Source of the DNA: Chloroflexota bacterium
GTDB taxonomy: Bacteria; Chloroflexota; Limnocylindria; Limnocylindrales; CSP1-4
Assembly: GCA_947475545.1 (NCBI GenBank)
Contig: CANJLL010000001.1
Span: 618,157 to 682,156, forward strand
Reading direction: 5' to 3'
DNA length: 64,000 nucleotides
A model generated the notes under the pieces. It was not told the origin of the DNA. It saw nothing but the letters and a program-made list of their open reading frames with translations, and did no database searches. Positions 1-9,820 of the stretch are shown here, one piece after another. Numbering within the stretch: position 1 is the stretch's first letter; the number at the start of each line of letters is the position of its first letter. A program made the translations under genes and the position numbers.

Positions 1-733
1 CGGTGCCGGCGCGCCGATAGCGCTCCTGGGTGCCGCCGTGCTGTTGAGCCAGGAGGTGCGTCCCCTGGCGGAGGTAGAGCGCGCCCGCACCCCGGGGCCC
101 TTCCAGCTTGTGCGAAGCGATCGCCAGGAGGTCCACGCCGAGCGCCTCGACATCGATCGGGAGATACGGCGCCGCGGCCACGGCGTCGACCGCCAGCAGG
201 ACGCCCCTGTGGGCATGGACGCGAGCGGCGATCTCCGCGATGGGCTGGATGGTGCCCACCTCGTTGTTGGCGAGCTGCACGGCGACCAGCGTGGTCCGGT
301 CGTTGATCGCGGCCTCCACCTGGTCGGGATCCACGCGACCGTAGCGGTCGACCCCGAGGCTGATGATCTCGAAGCCGAACTTCTCCAGGTGGAGCAGCGC
401 GTGGCCGACGGCGTGATGCTCCACGGCGGTGGTAACGATCCGGTGCCCGCGGGCCTTCCCGGCCCACGCGATCCCCTTGAGCGCCAGGTTGAGCGCCTCG
501 GTCCCGCCGGACGTGATGACGATCTCCCGCGGGTGGGCCTTCAGCGTGGCGCCAATCCGTTCGCGCGCCTCGTCGAGGCCGGCCCGCGCCAACCGCCCAT
601 GGGCATGCGGCGAGCTGGGGTTACCGAACACCTCGGTCAGGTACGGAAGCATCGCCTCGAACGCTTCGCGGCGCAGCGGCGTGGTCGCGGCGTGATCGAG
701 ATAGATGGGAAGGGCGGAGGAGGGTGTCGCCAT
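1..733 (-). CDS. Cysteine desulfurase (NifS/IscS class-V aminotransferase), N-terminal part only. The gene runs off the window start, so its C-terminus is missing.
   Basis: Minus-strand translation from the ATG at 733..731 reads MATPSSALPIYLDHAATTPL...SGGTEALN...VDAVAAAPYLPIDVEALGVDLLAIASHKLEGPRG, including the PLP-lysine SHK motif typical of NifS/IscS. It is absent from the ORF track only because no stop falls inside the window. Confidence 0.85.
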   Translation of the reverse strand, partial: MATPSSALPIYLDHAATTPLRREAFEAMLPYLTEVFGNPSSPHAHGRLARAGLDEARERIGATLKAHPREIVITSGGTEALNLALKGIAWAGKARGHRIVTTAVEHHAVGHALLHLEKFGFEIISLGVDRYGRVDPDQVEAAINDRTTLVAVQLANNEVGTIQPIAEIAARVHAHRGVLLAVDAVAAAPYLPIDVEALGVDLLAIASHKLEGPRGAGALYLRQGTHLLAQQHGGTQERYRRAGT

Positions 734-830
734 GGGCGGCGATTCTACGCCGGGGCCCGATTGGGGGCCGTGGGGTGGCCCGACGCGCGGCGATCGCGAT
801 GTCGGGGGGCCGCGGCCCGGGCCCGCTGGG

Positions 831-1868
831 TCAGGACCGCTCGGCGTCTGCCGGAAGGTCCGAGACCGGGCACGGGTCGTCGGGCGGACGGGTAGGCTCG
901 GGTGCGGGTGCGGGTGCGGGCGCGGGCGCGGGCGCGGGCGCGGACTCGGGATCGGCTTCGGGCGCGGCTTCGGGTTCAGGTGCCGGCTCAGGTCCGGGCT
1001 CGGTCCCGGTTGCCGGCTCAGGCGCGGGTGTCAGTTCGGGCTCAGGTTCGGGCTCGGGTGCTGGTTTGCTGGCGGCCTCCGACGGCGCGTAGACCGGGGC
1101 GGACCCCTCACCGGCCGACGCCGCAGCCGCACCCTCGGCAGCAAGCTGCCGGTTCAGCTGCCGCAGGCGGCGACCTCCCGACACGACGCTGACCACTGCG
1201 AGGAACAGCCCCGTCGCCAACAGCGCGATCGGCGTCAGGCCCCGAAGCGGCAGGAACGAGAACATCACCGCCTCCAGCGTGACCGCCAGTCCCAAGAACA
1301 GGCCGCCTGCGATCGCGGCGCCCAGGTGCCCGGAGAACCCCCAGACCAGGAGCAGGAGGCCAATCGCCAGGAGCGCCAGTCCGACGAAGAACGGCAGCGT
1401 GCCAATGGGCTCGCCGACCAGCTTGACCACGAGGGAGCCGGTGCACTCACCGCCCGACCCGATGATCCCGACGGTCAGGTAGTACAGCCCGGTGAAGCGG
1501 AAGGGCGAGCCGGTCGTGAACCCGAACGTGCCCACAGTGGTCCGGGCGTCGCCGCCGTTGAGGGATCCACCCTGGAACGGCGTCGCCATCCCGAACATGG
1601 CCACGTGGTAGTGGTTGTCCTTGAGCGGCACCGTGGTGATCCCGGTCCAGCTGACCGTGCCATCCCAGTCGATCAGGAGGGGGTCTTCCGGCGAGGCGCT
1701 GTCATCACCGCTCTTCGCGGAGTCGAGCACGTTGCCCTTGGCGTCGTTGGAGGCCAGCTCAAGCGTGCACGGGCCCTTGGCTGGGAGGGCGACCACGGTC
1801 GCAGGCAGGACCAGGAGCCAGGCCAGGGCCGCGATGGCCACGATCCGGGCGAGGGCTAAGGCGCGCAA
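831..1868 (-). CDS. Secreted/membrane protein of unknown family. It has a signal peptide, a 2-Cys beta-rich ectodomain, about 4 TM helices, and a C-terminal Pro/Ala/Glu low-complexity tail.
   Basis: A hydrophobic N-terminus (MRALALARIVAIAALAWLLVLPA) is followed by a conserved C..ASNDAKG..LDSAKSG..SAS block shared with the downstream paralog. Multiple hydrophobic helices follow, and the tail reads PAPEPEPEPE...PAPAPAPAPAPAPEP. Confidence 0.6.
   Translation of the reverse strand: MRALALARIVAIAALAWLLVLPATVVALPAKGPCTLELASNDAKGNVLDSAKSGDDSASPEDPLLIDWDGTVSWTGITTVPLKDNHYHVAMFGMATPFQGGSLNGGDARTTVGTFGFTTGSPFRFTGLYYLTVGIIGSGGECTGSLVVKLVGEPIGTLPFFVGLALLAIGLLLLVWGFSGHLGAAIAGGLFLGLAVTLEAVMFSFLPLRGLTPIALLATGLFLAVVSVVSGGRRLRQLNRQLAAEGAAAASAGEGSAPVYAPSEAASKPAPEPEPEPELTPAPEPATGTEPGPEPAPEPEAAPEADPESAPAPAPAPAPAPAPEPTRPPDDPCPVSDLPADAERS
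899..950. repeat. Hexanucleotide microsatellite (GGTGCG)3(GGCGCG)5 with degenerate GGYTCGG extensions out to about 1075. It encodes the (PA)n/(PE)n linker of the 831..1868 protein.
   Basis: Direct reading gives ggtgcgggtgcgggtgcgggcgcgggcgcgggcgcgggcgcgg. The 6-nt unit preserves reading frame. Confidence 0.8.
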
Positions 1869-2035
1869 CCGTTCCTCCGACGCTCCGGCCCGGAGCAGCC
1901 GGGCCTTTGTCCAAGGTACATCGGGCGGCTAGGGCCTAGCGGCCCCGTCCGTTCGGCCCGTGGCCCAGAAACGGAGCCGGCGGACGCCGAAGCGTCCGCC
2001 GGGTGCGATGCGATGGTTAGGGGCAACTCCGCGGG

Positions 2036-2764
2036 TCAGGCGGCCGGAGGCGCGTCGGTCCCCCAGTGGAGCAGGCCCTTGCCGACGACCAGCTCGGCCG
2101 CGCCGATGAGCACGCCGAGGACGATCGCGGCCTCGGGCGTCGCGCTACCCAGGGGGGTGATCCCGAACAGAACCGATCCTAGGGCAAGGGCCGCACCCAG
2201 GGTGAGGCCGCCCAGCAGCGCCACGATCCACACGGCGCCCGCGCCCAGCACGAGCAGGATCAGGGCCGTCACCAGGAGGCCCAGGTCAAGGAAGAAGAGC
2301 GGGGTGCCGACCGGGTTCCCGACGATCTCGAACCAGCCGTCGCCCTCGCAGGTCCCCGCCGCGCTCGTGATCGCCCCGGTGACGTGGTACTTGCCGGTGA
2401 CCGGGAAGGGCACCAGGTCCTTGAGGCTGACCGTACCGCTCCCGGTGAGGCTGGTGCCTCCGCCGGAGCCGCTCTGGACCGGGATGCCGAAGATGTCAAC
2501 GTGCCAGGTGGCATTCGGCAAGGCGGTGGTCACCGCACCAGTCCACTTGATGGCACCCTCGGAGTCAACCTTGAACGGCGCGGCCTCGGAGGCTGAGCCG
2601 TTGCCGCTCGCAGCCGTGTCGAGCGACTCGCCCTTGGCATCGACCGACGTGGCCTGCATGCTGCAGACGCCGGTGAGGGGGAACGCCGTGGCGGCCCCGG
2701 GCAGGAGCATGAGCCACAGGAGCCCGGCAATGGGCAGCCCCCGAAGAATCCTGGAGCGGCGCAT
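2036..2764 (-). CDS. Paralog of the 831..1868 protein. It has a signal peptide, the same 2-Cys ectodomain and C-terminal TM helices, but no Pro-rich tail.
   Basis: MRRSRILRGLPIAGLLWLMLLPGAATA signal peptide. The C..ATSVDAKGESLDTAASGNGSAS...WTG..TT..P....HV..FG...G...G..C.G block aligns with the upstream gene, and the hydrophobic C-terminal half matches too. Confidence 0.6.
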   Translation of the reverse strand: MRRSRILRGLPIAGLLWLMLLPGAATAFPLTGVCSMQATSVDAKGESLDTAASGNGSASEAAPFKVDSEGAIKWTGAVTTALPNATWHVDIFGIPVQSGSGGGTSLTGSGTVSLKDLVPFPVTGKYHVTGAITSAAGTCEGDGWFEIVGNPVGTPLFFLDLGLLVTALILLVLGAGAVWIVALLGGLTLGAALALGSVLFGITPLGSATPEAAIVLGVLIGAAELVVGKGLLHWGTDAPPAA

Positions 2765-2927
2765 ATCTCACCCGGACGCGGGGCAGGCTTGGCCTGGGCA
2801 GCCGAGCGGAGCCGAGCCCAAGGTAGCCGCACCAAACCGGGAATACCAGAGGAATCGTCGCTCGATCCCGGCGCCGGATGCGGCGTCCCGCTGAACGCCC
2901 GGCCGGCCCGCCCGGGCGGGCCGAAGG

Positions 2928-4850
2928 TCAGTCGCGCTCGGACGACCGCCGCAGATCATCCTCGCGGCCGCGCTCCCGGCGCCGCTCGTGCTGACCCAGC
3001 TTCCGCTTGCGAAGGCGGATTGACTTGGGGGTCACTTCGACCAGCTCGTCCGCCGCGATGAACTCGAGCGAGGACTCCAGGGTCAGTGGCCGCGGCGGCG
3101 TCAGCCGGAGCGACTCGTCGTGCGAGTGGGTCCGGATGTTGGTGAGCTTCTTCTCCTTGGTGGGGTTGACGTCCATGTCGCCCTGCCGGGAGTTCTCGCC
3201 GACGATCATGCCCTCGTAGACGTCGATGCCGGCGCCGATGAACAGCTCCGCCCGCTCCTCGAGGTTGAAGAGCCCGTACGCGTTGGACGTGCCCGCCCGG
3301 TCGGAGACCAGGACCCCGGAGGTTCGATGGGTCACATCGCCGGCCCACGGCCCGTAGCCCTCGCCGATCTGGTGAAGCAGCGCCGTGCCGCGGGTGTCCG
3401 TGAGCAGCTGCCCGCGGTACCCGATCAGGCCGCGGACCGGCAGGACGTATTCCATCCGGACACGCCCGTCGGCGTCGGTGCTCATCTGGTCCAGGCGGCC
3501 CTTGCGGCCCGCCATCGCCTGCTGGATCTCGCCGATGTAGTCGGGCGGCATGTCGATCGTGATCCGCTCGTACGGCTCCTGGACGTGGCCATCGACCTCG
3601 CGCAGGATGACCTCGGGGCGTGACGCCGTGAGCTCGAAGCCCTCGCGCCGCATCTGCTCGATCAGGACCGCCAGCTGGAGCTCGCCGCGGCCACGGACCT
3701 CGAATGTCTCGCCCGATTCGGTGGAGTAGAACTCGATCGAGACGTTGCCCAGGACTTCCTTCTCGAGGCGCGCCCGGATCTGGCGGGAGGTGACGTACTT
3801 GCCTTCCTTGCCGGCCAGCGGAGACGTGTTCACCCCGAACGTCATGCGCAGGGTTGGGGCGTCCACGTCCAGGCGGGGAAGGGGGCGCGGATTGCCCGGC
3901 TCGGTGAGCGTGTCGCCGATGGTGACCTCGGGGAGGCCAGCGACCGAGACGATGTCGCCCGGCCCGGCGGAGTCGATGTCCACGCGGTCGATGCCGTGTG
4001 CGGTCTGGAGGCTGGTGACCGTGCCGGTCAGCGTGACCGTGCGGCCGGGCTCCACGGCGCCCGACGTGTCGTCCAGCTCCTCGCGGACCACCACGACGCG
4101 CTGGCCCATCTTGATGGTGCCATTCCAGATCCGGCCGACCGCCATCCGGCCCACGTACTCGTTGGCAGACAGGTTGGTGACCAGGAGCTGGAGCGGGTGA
4201 TCCGGCAGGTAGCGCGGCGGCGGCGTCACCGAGACAAGGAGGTCCAGCAGCGGCTTGAGGTCCGTGCCTGGGGCGGCCAGGTCCCGGGTCGCGGTGCCGG
4301 CTCGGGCGTTGGTGTAGACCACCGGGAACTCGATCTGGTGCTCCGTGGCGCCCAGGTCCATGAACAGCTCGTAGACGTCGTCCAGGACCTCGGCCGGGCG
4401 GGCGTCGCTCCGGTCGATCTTGTTGAGGGCCACGACGACCGGCAGGTGGCGAGCCATCGCCTTCTTGAGCACGTACCGCGTCTGCGGGAGCGGGCCTTCG
4501 GCCGCGTCAACCAGCAGGAGCACCGCGTCGACCATCAGCAGGGAGCGCTCTACCTCGCCACCGAAGTCGGCATGGCCAGGGGTATCGACGATGTTCAGAC
4601 GGATCCCGGCGTAGTCGACCGTGGTCTGCTTGGCCAGGATGGTGATGCCCTTTTCGCGCTCCAGGTCCCCGGAGTCCATCACCCGGTCCACGACGACCTG
4701 GTTGGACCGGAACGTGCCGGTCTGCCGCAGGATGGCGTCCACGAGCGTGGTCTTGCCATGGTCGACGTGGGCGACGATGGCAAGATTGCGGATACCCGTC
4801 TGTTCGACGGTGCCATCGGCGGGCAGGCTGGTTTGGGTCGGTGTGGTCAT
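2928..4850 (-). CDS. typA: Translational GTPase TypA/BipA. The start is trimmed to the internal MTTPTQ...[16 protein letters not shown].
   Basis: G1–G4 GTPase motifs ([24 protein letters not shown]) and the EF-G-like domain architecture. The N-terminal 64 residues of the track ORF are Arg-rich junk. Confidence 0.9.
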   Translation of the reverse strand: MTTPTQTSLPADGTVEQTGIRNLAIVAHVDHGKTTLVDAILRQTGTFRSNQVVVDRVMDSGDLEREKGITILAKQTTVDYAGIRLNIVDTPGHADFGGEVERSLLMVDAVLLLVDAAEGPLPQTRYVLKKAMARHLPVVVALNKIDRSDARPAEVLDDVYELFMDLGATEHQIEFPVVYTNARAGTATRDLAAPGTDLKPLLDLLVSVTPPPRYLPDHPLQLLVTNLSANEYVGRMAVGRIWNGTIKMGQRVVVVREELDDTSGAVEPGRTVTLTGTVTSLQTAHGIDRVDIDSAGPGDIVSVAGLPEVTIGDTLTEPGNPRPLPRLDVDAPTLRMTFGVNTSPLAGKEGKYVTSRQIRARLEKEVLGNVSIEFYSTESGETFEVRGRGELQLAVLIEQMRREGFELTASRPEVILREVDGHVQEPYERITIDMPPDYIGEIQQAMAGRKGRLDQMSTDADGRVRMEYVLPVRGLIGYRGQLLTDTRGTALLHQIGEGYGPWAGDVTHRTSGVLVSDRAGTSNAYGLFNLEERAELFIGAGIDVYEGMIVGENSRQGDMDVNPTKEKKLTNIRTHSHDESLRLTPPRPLTLESSLEFIAADELVEVTPKSIRLRKRKLGQHERRRERGREDDLRRSSERD

Positions 4851-4882
4851 GGGGAGTGTGAGTGTCCCACAATGTGGCCATG

Positions 4883-5596
4883 ACTGTCGCCGCTGTGATC
4901 CTCGCCGCCTCCGCCGAATCCGCCCTGGCCGACGTGGAGGGCCTTCCCCGGGTCCGCCGCCTGGTCGATCTGGCCTGGTCCGGTGGGGCGCTACCCATCG
5001 TCGTTGTGGCACCGGACCCCGATGGAGCCGTCGCCGCGGCACTCTCCGGTGCCCCCGTCACCCTCGCCGAGCCGGCGCCCGCGCGGCTGGGGCCCGCCGG
5101 CCAGATGGCCCGGGGCATGGAGGTTGCCGCGGGCGAGATCCACGGGACGGAGGCGGCCATTCTCTGGCCGGCCCGGCTGGTCTGGGTGGGGCCCGAGACC
5201 GTCACCTCGCTGATCGAGGCGCACGGGCTGCGGGGCGATGCCGTGATCACGCCGACCTACCAGGGCAATCGTGGGTGGCCGGTGCTCGTACCCGCCTCCG
5301 CTCTGGAGATGCTGCGGCGGATCGGTCCCGACCGGTCGCCGGACGAGGCGCTGGGCGAGCTGCTGGCCGCGGGCCTGCCGAACCTGGCGCTGGACCTGGG
5401 CGACCCTGGCACCGTGATGGACGCCTCCGTGGCCCGCGACGAGCTGCCGCCCTACGAGGGGCCCTCGGCCCCGGTGGGCGGCCTGGCGCACGAGTGGGGC
5501 GCACGCGTGGCCGATGAACCAGTGGATGAGCCGCTGGCGGGCCCTGCGCTCGCCCCGTACGGCCAGGCCGAGGATGAGGCCGCGGCCGGCGACTGA
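4883..5596 (+). CDS. MocA/MobA-like nucleotidyltransferase family protein. The glycine-rich loop is degenerate.
   Basis: [14 protein letters not shown]...LPIVVVAP...[40 protein letters not shown] resembles the MobA/MocA-like NTP transferase C-terminal GHPVL...GD.G.R.LL pattern. ATG at 4883. Confidence 0.5.
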   Translation, partial: TVAAVILAASAESALADVEGLPRVRRLVDLAWSGGALPIVVVAPDPDGAVAAALSGAPVTLAEPAPARLGPAGQMARGMEVAAGEIHGTEAAILWPARLVWVGPETVTSLIEAHGLRGDAVITPTYQGNRGWPVLVPASALEMLRRIGPDRSPDEALGELLAAGLPNLALDLGDPGTVMDASVARDELPPYEGPSAPVGGLAHEWGARVADEPVDEPLAGPALAPYGQAEDEAAAGD

Positions 5597-5915
5597 CGGT
5601 CGAACCCGGCCTTCCCCCGAGGGTTCGGGTTCGAGTTCGGGTTCGACATCCGTCCCATGTTCTGTGGGAGGACAACCGCGAGAGGCGAGGCCGCACGACG
5701 GCTGCGCAAGCCCTCGGCGGAGCCTGGAAGTCGCGATCCGGTATCCCCCAGGCTACAAATCCGGCACTCGTGGCCCTGTTGGGGCCTCTGCTCCGCTGCC
5801 GACCGCCGCCATCGGAGTCGAAGGCGCCACGGCGGCGCCGGAGCTCGCGCGGTTGTCCTCCACGGGAACATCGGGGCCTCGTCGCCGCGCCGCGCCGGTG
5901 GACGCCGTGCAAGTC

Positions 5916-6404
5916 TCAGCCAGCGGCGCGCCGCACCAAGTCGGCGAGTGTCGCCTCGTCGGCGTCACTCAGGCCGAGCAGCGCGAATGCCGCCGGCCAC
6001 ATCGTTCCGTCGTCGAGCCGCGCGTCCGGCAGGAAGCCGAAGGTGGAGTAGCGAACCTTGAACTTGGACGCCGGCTGGAAGAAGCAGATCACCTTGCCGT
6101 CCCTCGCCCAGGCCGGCATCCCGTAGTAGGTCCGCGGGACCAGGTTGGGTCCCGTCACGGCCACCATCGCGTGGAGACGCTGGGCCATGTCGCGCTCGGG
6201 ACCGGGCATCTCGGCGATCTTGGCCTGGACCTCGGCCTTGCCGGCCGCGCGCTCTTCCTCGGGGCTCAGCTTGGTGCTGCGCTTCCGTTCTCGGGCCGCC
6301 TCCCGCATCGCCGCCCGCTCCTGGTCGGTCCAGGTCTCGCCGCCAGCCGTCTTGCGCGCGCCCTTGGTGGTGCCGGCCATGGTCAGTCCCCTCCTCGGTG
6401 CCAA
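5916..6404 (-). CDS. DUF1801 (YdhG-like) domain protein.
   Basis: PRTYYGMPAWARDGKVICFFQPASKFKVRYSTFGF is the characteristic DUF1801 core. Confidence 0.6.
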   Translation of the reverse strand: MAPRRGLTMAGTTKGARKTAGGETWTDQERAAMREAARERKRSTKLSPEEERAAGKAEVQAKIAEMPGPERDMAQRLHAMVAVTGPNLVPRTYYGMPAWARDGKVICFFQPASKFKVRYSTFGFLPDARLDDGTMWPAAFALLGLSDADEATLADLVRRAAG

Positions 6405-6485
6405 TCTGGGGTCGTTACGAACATCGTAGCCGCGCTTGGGGGCGACGCTTCTCCAGACCTGCTGTGCCGGCGCTCCGGCCGCGAA

Positions 6486-6683
6486 TCAGCGGCAGTAGTG
6501 CACGGCGCGCTTGCCGCCGTCCACGAGGTCCGACGTGTGCTCGAAGGTCGCCGTCATTGTCTTGGCCACCTGGATGGGGACCACGTGCGTCTGGTTCCTG
6601 CGGCCGTTGGCCACCGCAGGCGGGAAGGTTTGCGAGCCCGCCACGCCGCCGACCGTGACGCGGTACTCACCCGAGCGGAGCAC
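6486..6683 (-). CDS. Small hypothetical protein of about 65 aa with a GTG start. The call is weak.
   Basis: Only the C-terminal segment VLRSGEYRVTVGGVAGSQTFPPAVANGRRNQTHVVPIQVAKTMTATFEHTSDLVDGGKRAVHYCR has a protein-like composition. It sits between the EamA and DUF1801 genes on the same strand. Confidence 0.2.
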   Translation of the reverse strand: MLRSGEYRVTVGGVAGSQTFPPAVANGRRNQTHVVPIQVAKTMTATFEHTSDLVDGGKRAVHYCR

Positions 6684-6798
6684 GTCGCCGGCCGCGGTGG
6701 AGGTCGGGATCGAGCGACCTCGGACTCGCCGAGCAAGAAGCTCCGCGGAGCAGGGTGGAGACGCGACCCAGAGGGTGTCGCCTGTCGAGCAGCCGGCC

Positions 6799-7740
6799 TC
6801 AGGCCGTCGTCGCCCCCGGGGTTCGGCACAGGTAGCGCTCGAACGGGACCGTCGCCATGGCGATCCCCGCAATCACCAGCAGCACCCCTGCGTACTGCGT
6901 CGGCGACGGCGTCTCCGCCAGCAGGATCCGCGCGATGATCACCGATGCCACGGGCTGGACCAGCAGGATGATCGAGGTCAGCGCGGCGGGCAGGCGCGGC
7001 AGCGAGACGCCGATGAACAACGATCCGATCGACTGGCAGACCACGCCCAGCGCGATGAGCCAGAGGTGCGCCGGGAACGCCGGGATCACGTCGAGACCGC
7101 CGTCGGCCGTCCCGATCACCCCGACACCGATGACCGTGGCGATCGTCGCGATGGCAACCGGCGTGGCCGGGCGACGGAGGTCGCGTCCACCCCGCCGCAG
7201 CGTCAGCAGGTAGCCCGCGTAGCAGCAGGCCGTCAGGAGGCCGAAGGCCACACCCAGCACCGGATCGCGCCCGTAGGCCCCTGAGCCAAACACCCCCGAT
7301 ATCAGCGACGTCCCGGCCAGGACGATCGGGATCGCGAGCAGCGTTCGGGCCGCGGGCCGCTCGCCCAGCAGGCCCCAGGCCAGCAGCGCGACCAGGACCA
7401 CCTGGAGGTTGCCGATGACGGTGGCGAGACCCGCGCCAACCCACTCGATGCTGTGGTGCCAGAAGACGAGGTCGGCGGCGAAGAAGAGCCCCGCGATCCC
7501 GACCATCCGGACCGCGGAGGCCGGCATCGGGCCGTGGCGCCGGTACTCCAGCCAGGCCACGAGCGCCAGGAACGGCAGCCCGTACACCCCGCGGAAGAAC
7601 GCGCCGGTCTCGGGCGCGACCGCGGCGTAGCGGTAGAAGACCCCCGAGAACGAGATCGCCAGGGCGCCGGCCAGCGCCGAGAACCGGGGCCGCGCCGCGA
7701 TCCAGTCGATGAACACGATGCCGGTGTCGGACCGGGTCAC
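6799..7740 (-). CDS. DMT-superfamily (EamA) transporter.
   Basis: About 10 hydrophobic helices, with duplicated EamA-like halves (VFYRYAAV...; LAGTSLISGV...). Confidence 0.8.
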   Translation of the reverse strand: MTRSDTGIVFIDWIAARPRFSALAGALAISFSGVFYRYAAVAPETGAFFRGVYGLPFLALVAWLEYRRHGPMPASAVRMVGIAGLFFAADLVFWHHSIEWVGAGLATVIGNLQVVLVALLAWGLLGERPAARTLLAIPIVLAGTSLISGVFGSGAYGRDPVLGVAFGLLTACCYAGYLLTLRRGGRDLRRPATPVAIATIATVIGVGVIGTADGGLDVIPAFPAHLWLIALGVVCQSIGSLFIGVSLPRLPAALTSIILLVQPVASVIIARILLAETPSPTQYAGVLLVIAGIAMATVPFERYLCRTPGATTA

Positions 7741-7795
7741 CCGGCGCCCCGGTGGGCCCCCACCAGCGAGCAGCCGCCCCGCCGGGTCCCGACGA

Positions 7796-9700
7796 TCACT
7801 GCGCGGGGCCGGTCGCCGGCTTCTTCTTGTCCTCGATCCCCACGAAGCGAAGGCCCAGCTCGGCGTACTGCGTCGGCTCGGGCGCCGACGGCGCGTCGAG
7901 CATCAGGTCCCCGCCCGACTGCGTCTTGGGGAACGCCATCACCTCGCGGATGTTCGTCTGCTTGGCCAGCAAGGCCGCCCAGCGGTCGATCCCCAGGGCG
8001 ATCCCGCCGTGCGGCGGGGCGCCGAACTCGAACGCCTCCAGCACGGCCCCAAACTTGTCCTGCATGCCCTCGAGCGTCTGGCCCTGGAGCAGGAAGCTGC
8101 GCTGGAGCAGGTCGTGGCGGTGGATCCGGATGGAGCCGCCGCCCAGCTCCCAGCCGTTGAGCGCCAGGTCGTACTGGAGCGCGTGGGCGCGGCCGGCGGG
8201 ATCGTCCGGGGAGGGCTTCGCCGGGTCGCCGGAGTTCGTGACCAGCAGCGCCTCGTCCTCCGGCAGCACGCCGCTGAAGGGGTTGTGGGTGGCGTCCCAG
8301 CGGCCACCCTCCGCGTCCCACTGGTACATCGGGAAGCGGTGGACCCAGACGTAGGCCAGGACGTCCGGGTCGGCCAGGCCTAGCCGGTCGCCCAGCTCGA
8401 CGCGCAGGCGGCTGAGGACATCCGCCGTGAGCTCGTGCTTGTCGGCCACGATCAGGATCAGGTCCCCTTCGGCCGCGCCGGTCAGCGCGATCAGGGCGCG
8501 GCGCGTCTCCTCCGACAGGAACTTGGCGATGGGGCTGCGGATCTCGTCGCCCGGACCCAGGGCCAGGTAGGCCAGGCCCTTGGCGCCGAACCGGCGGGCG
8601 CGCTCGGTCAGCTCGTCGATCTCGCGGCGGGTGATGCCGCCCATCCCGGGCGCCATGATGGCCTTCACTCTGCCGCCGGCGGCCAGCGCGCCATCGAAGA
8701 CGGCGAAGCCCGAATTGGGCTGGCCATCGGGCCCGCGCAGGGCCGGCGCAAGGTCGATGAGCTCCATGCCGAACCGGATGTCCGGCTTGTCCGACCCAAA
8801 GCGCTCCAGGGCCTCCTCGAACGTCAGCACCGGGAAGGGATCGTGGAGGATGGTCCGCTCGGGTGCGGTGGCATTGGAGACCTGCTTGGCCATCCCCTCC
8901 ACGAAGGCCATGACGGTCGCCTCGTCGACGAAGCTCATCTCGATGTCCAGCTGCGTGAACTCGGGCTGGCGGTCGCCCCGCAGGTCCTCGTCCCTGTAGC
9001 AGCGGGCGATCTGGAAGTAGCGGTCGATCCCGGCCACCATGAGGAGCTGCTTCAGCTGCTGCGGGCTCTGCGGCAGCGCGTAGACGCTCCCCGGCTGGAG
9101 GCGGCTGGGGACGATGAAGTCGCGCGCGCCCTCGGGGGTGCTCTTGATCAGCGTGGGCGTCTCCACCTCGACGAAGCCGTTCGCGTGGTGGACCTCGCGG
9201 ATGGCCTGGACCATCCGGCTGCGGAGCATGAGGCGCCGCGCCATGGGCTCGCGCCGGATGTCGAGGTACCGGTACTTGAGCCGCAGGCTCTCGTCGACGG
9301 TGGCGTCGGGCTCGTTGATGTAGAACGGCGGGGTGTTGGATTCCGAGAGGATGCGGAGCTCCGCGGCGCGCAGCTCGATGGCGCCGGTGGGCAGCTTGGC
9401 GTTCTCCGTCCCGGGCAGGCGAGCGGCGACCAGGCCCGTCGCCATGATCACGAACTCGTTTCGGACACGGCTGGCCTGCTCGTGGGCGGCCGGCGACTCG
9501 GTCTTGTCGATCACGACCTGGGTGATGCCGTGGCGGTCGCGGACGTCCAGGAAGATCAGCTGGCCGTGGTCGCGCCGGCGATGGACCCAGCCGGCGAGAC
9601 GGGCGGTGCTGCCCGCATCCGACGCGCGCAGCTGGCCTGCGGTGTGGGTCCGGTACGGGGTAGCCAGGCTGGGGGCGGCGGGCGTGGTGGGGTCGGTCAT
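7796..9700 (-). CDS. aspS: Aspartyl-tRNA synthetase.
   Basis: Class II aaRS motifs (FLDVRDRHG..., QSPQQLKQLLMV, GGGSIRIHR), the insertion domain, and 634 aa length are all typical of bacterial AspRS. Confidence 0.95.
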   Translation of the reverse strand: MTDPTTPAAPSLATPYRTHTAGQLRASDAGSTARLAGWVHRRRDHGQLIFLDVRDRHGITQVVIDKTESPAAHEQASRVRNEFVIMATGLVAARLPGTENAKLPTGAIELRAAELRILSESNTPPFYINEPDATVDESLRLKYRYLDIRREPMARRLMLRSRMVQAIREVHHANGFVEVETPTLIKSTPEGARDFIVPSRLQPGSVYALPQSPQQLKQLLMVAGIDRYFQIARCYRDEDLRGDRQPEFTQLDIEMSFVDEATVMAFVEGMAKQVSNATAPERTILHDPFPVLTFEEALERFGSDKPDIRFGMELIDLAPALRGPDGQPNSGFAVFDGALAAGGRVKAIMAPGMGGITRREIDELTERARRFGAKGLAYLALGPGDEIRSPIAKFLSEETRRALIALTGAAEGDLILIVADKHELTADVLSRLRVELGDRLGLADPDVLAYVWVHRFPMYQWDAEGGRWDATHNPFSGVLPEDEALLVTNSGDPAKPSPDDPAGRAHALQYDLALNGWELGGGSIRIHRHDLLQRSFLLQGQTLEGMQDKFGAVLEAFEFGAPPHGGIALGIDRWAALLAKQTNIREVMAFPKTQSGGDLMLDAPSAPEPTQYAELGLRFVGIEDKKKPATGPAQ

Positions 9701-9820
9701 GGTCGGCTAATCGTACCGGCTGGGGCCGCGGTGGCGGGCGGGCGGGCGGGGCACGTCGTCACGGGTCGCACCACACGTGCGGCCCCCAAGCTGGAGTATC
9801 GCGACGAAGTGGGCGACGGA

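Noticed and set aside
38-895. 285-aa plus-strand ORF at the window start.
   Set aside because: It is antisense to the clear NifS/IscS-family cysteine desulfurase on the minus strand. Its composition is Arg/Asp/Gly-rich, as expected for GC-rich antisense reading.
705-1859. 384-aa plus-strand ORF (GRGRGRG... repeats).
   Set aside because: It is antisense to the Pro/Ala-repeat membrane protein. The RG repeats are simply the reverse reading of the (PA)n/(PE)n microsatellite.
4851-4882. CCACA-a-TGTGG inverted repeat between the divergent typA and nucleotidyltransferase genes.
   Set aside because: The arms are only 5 bp, which is expected by chance at this length and cannot be supported as an operator.
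5621-5650. Short tandem GGGTTCG(A) repeats (about 4 units) in the 320-bp gap upstream of the DUF1801 gene.
   Set aside because: Too short and degenerate to call a functional repeat. No matching copy elsewhere in the window.
5514-6938. 474-aa plus-strand ORF spanning the DUF1801 gene and the small hypothetical gene.
   Set aside because: It has no domain signatures and an Arg/Pro/Ala-rich composition. It overlaps two better-supported minus-strand genes.
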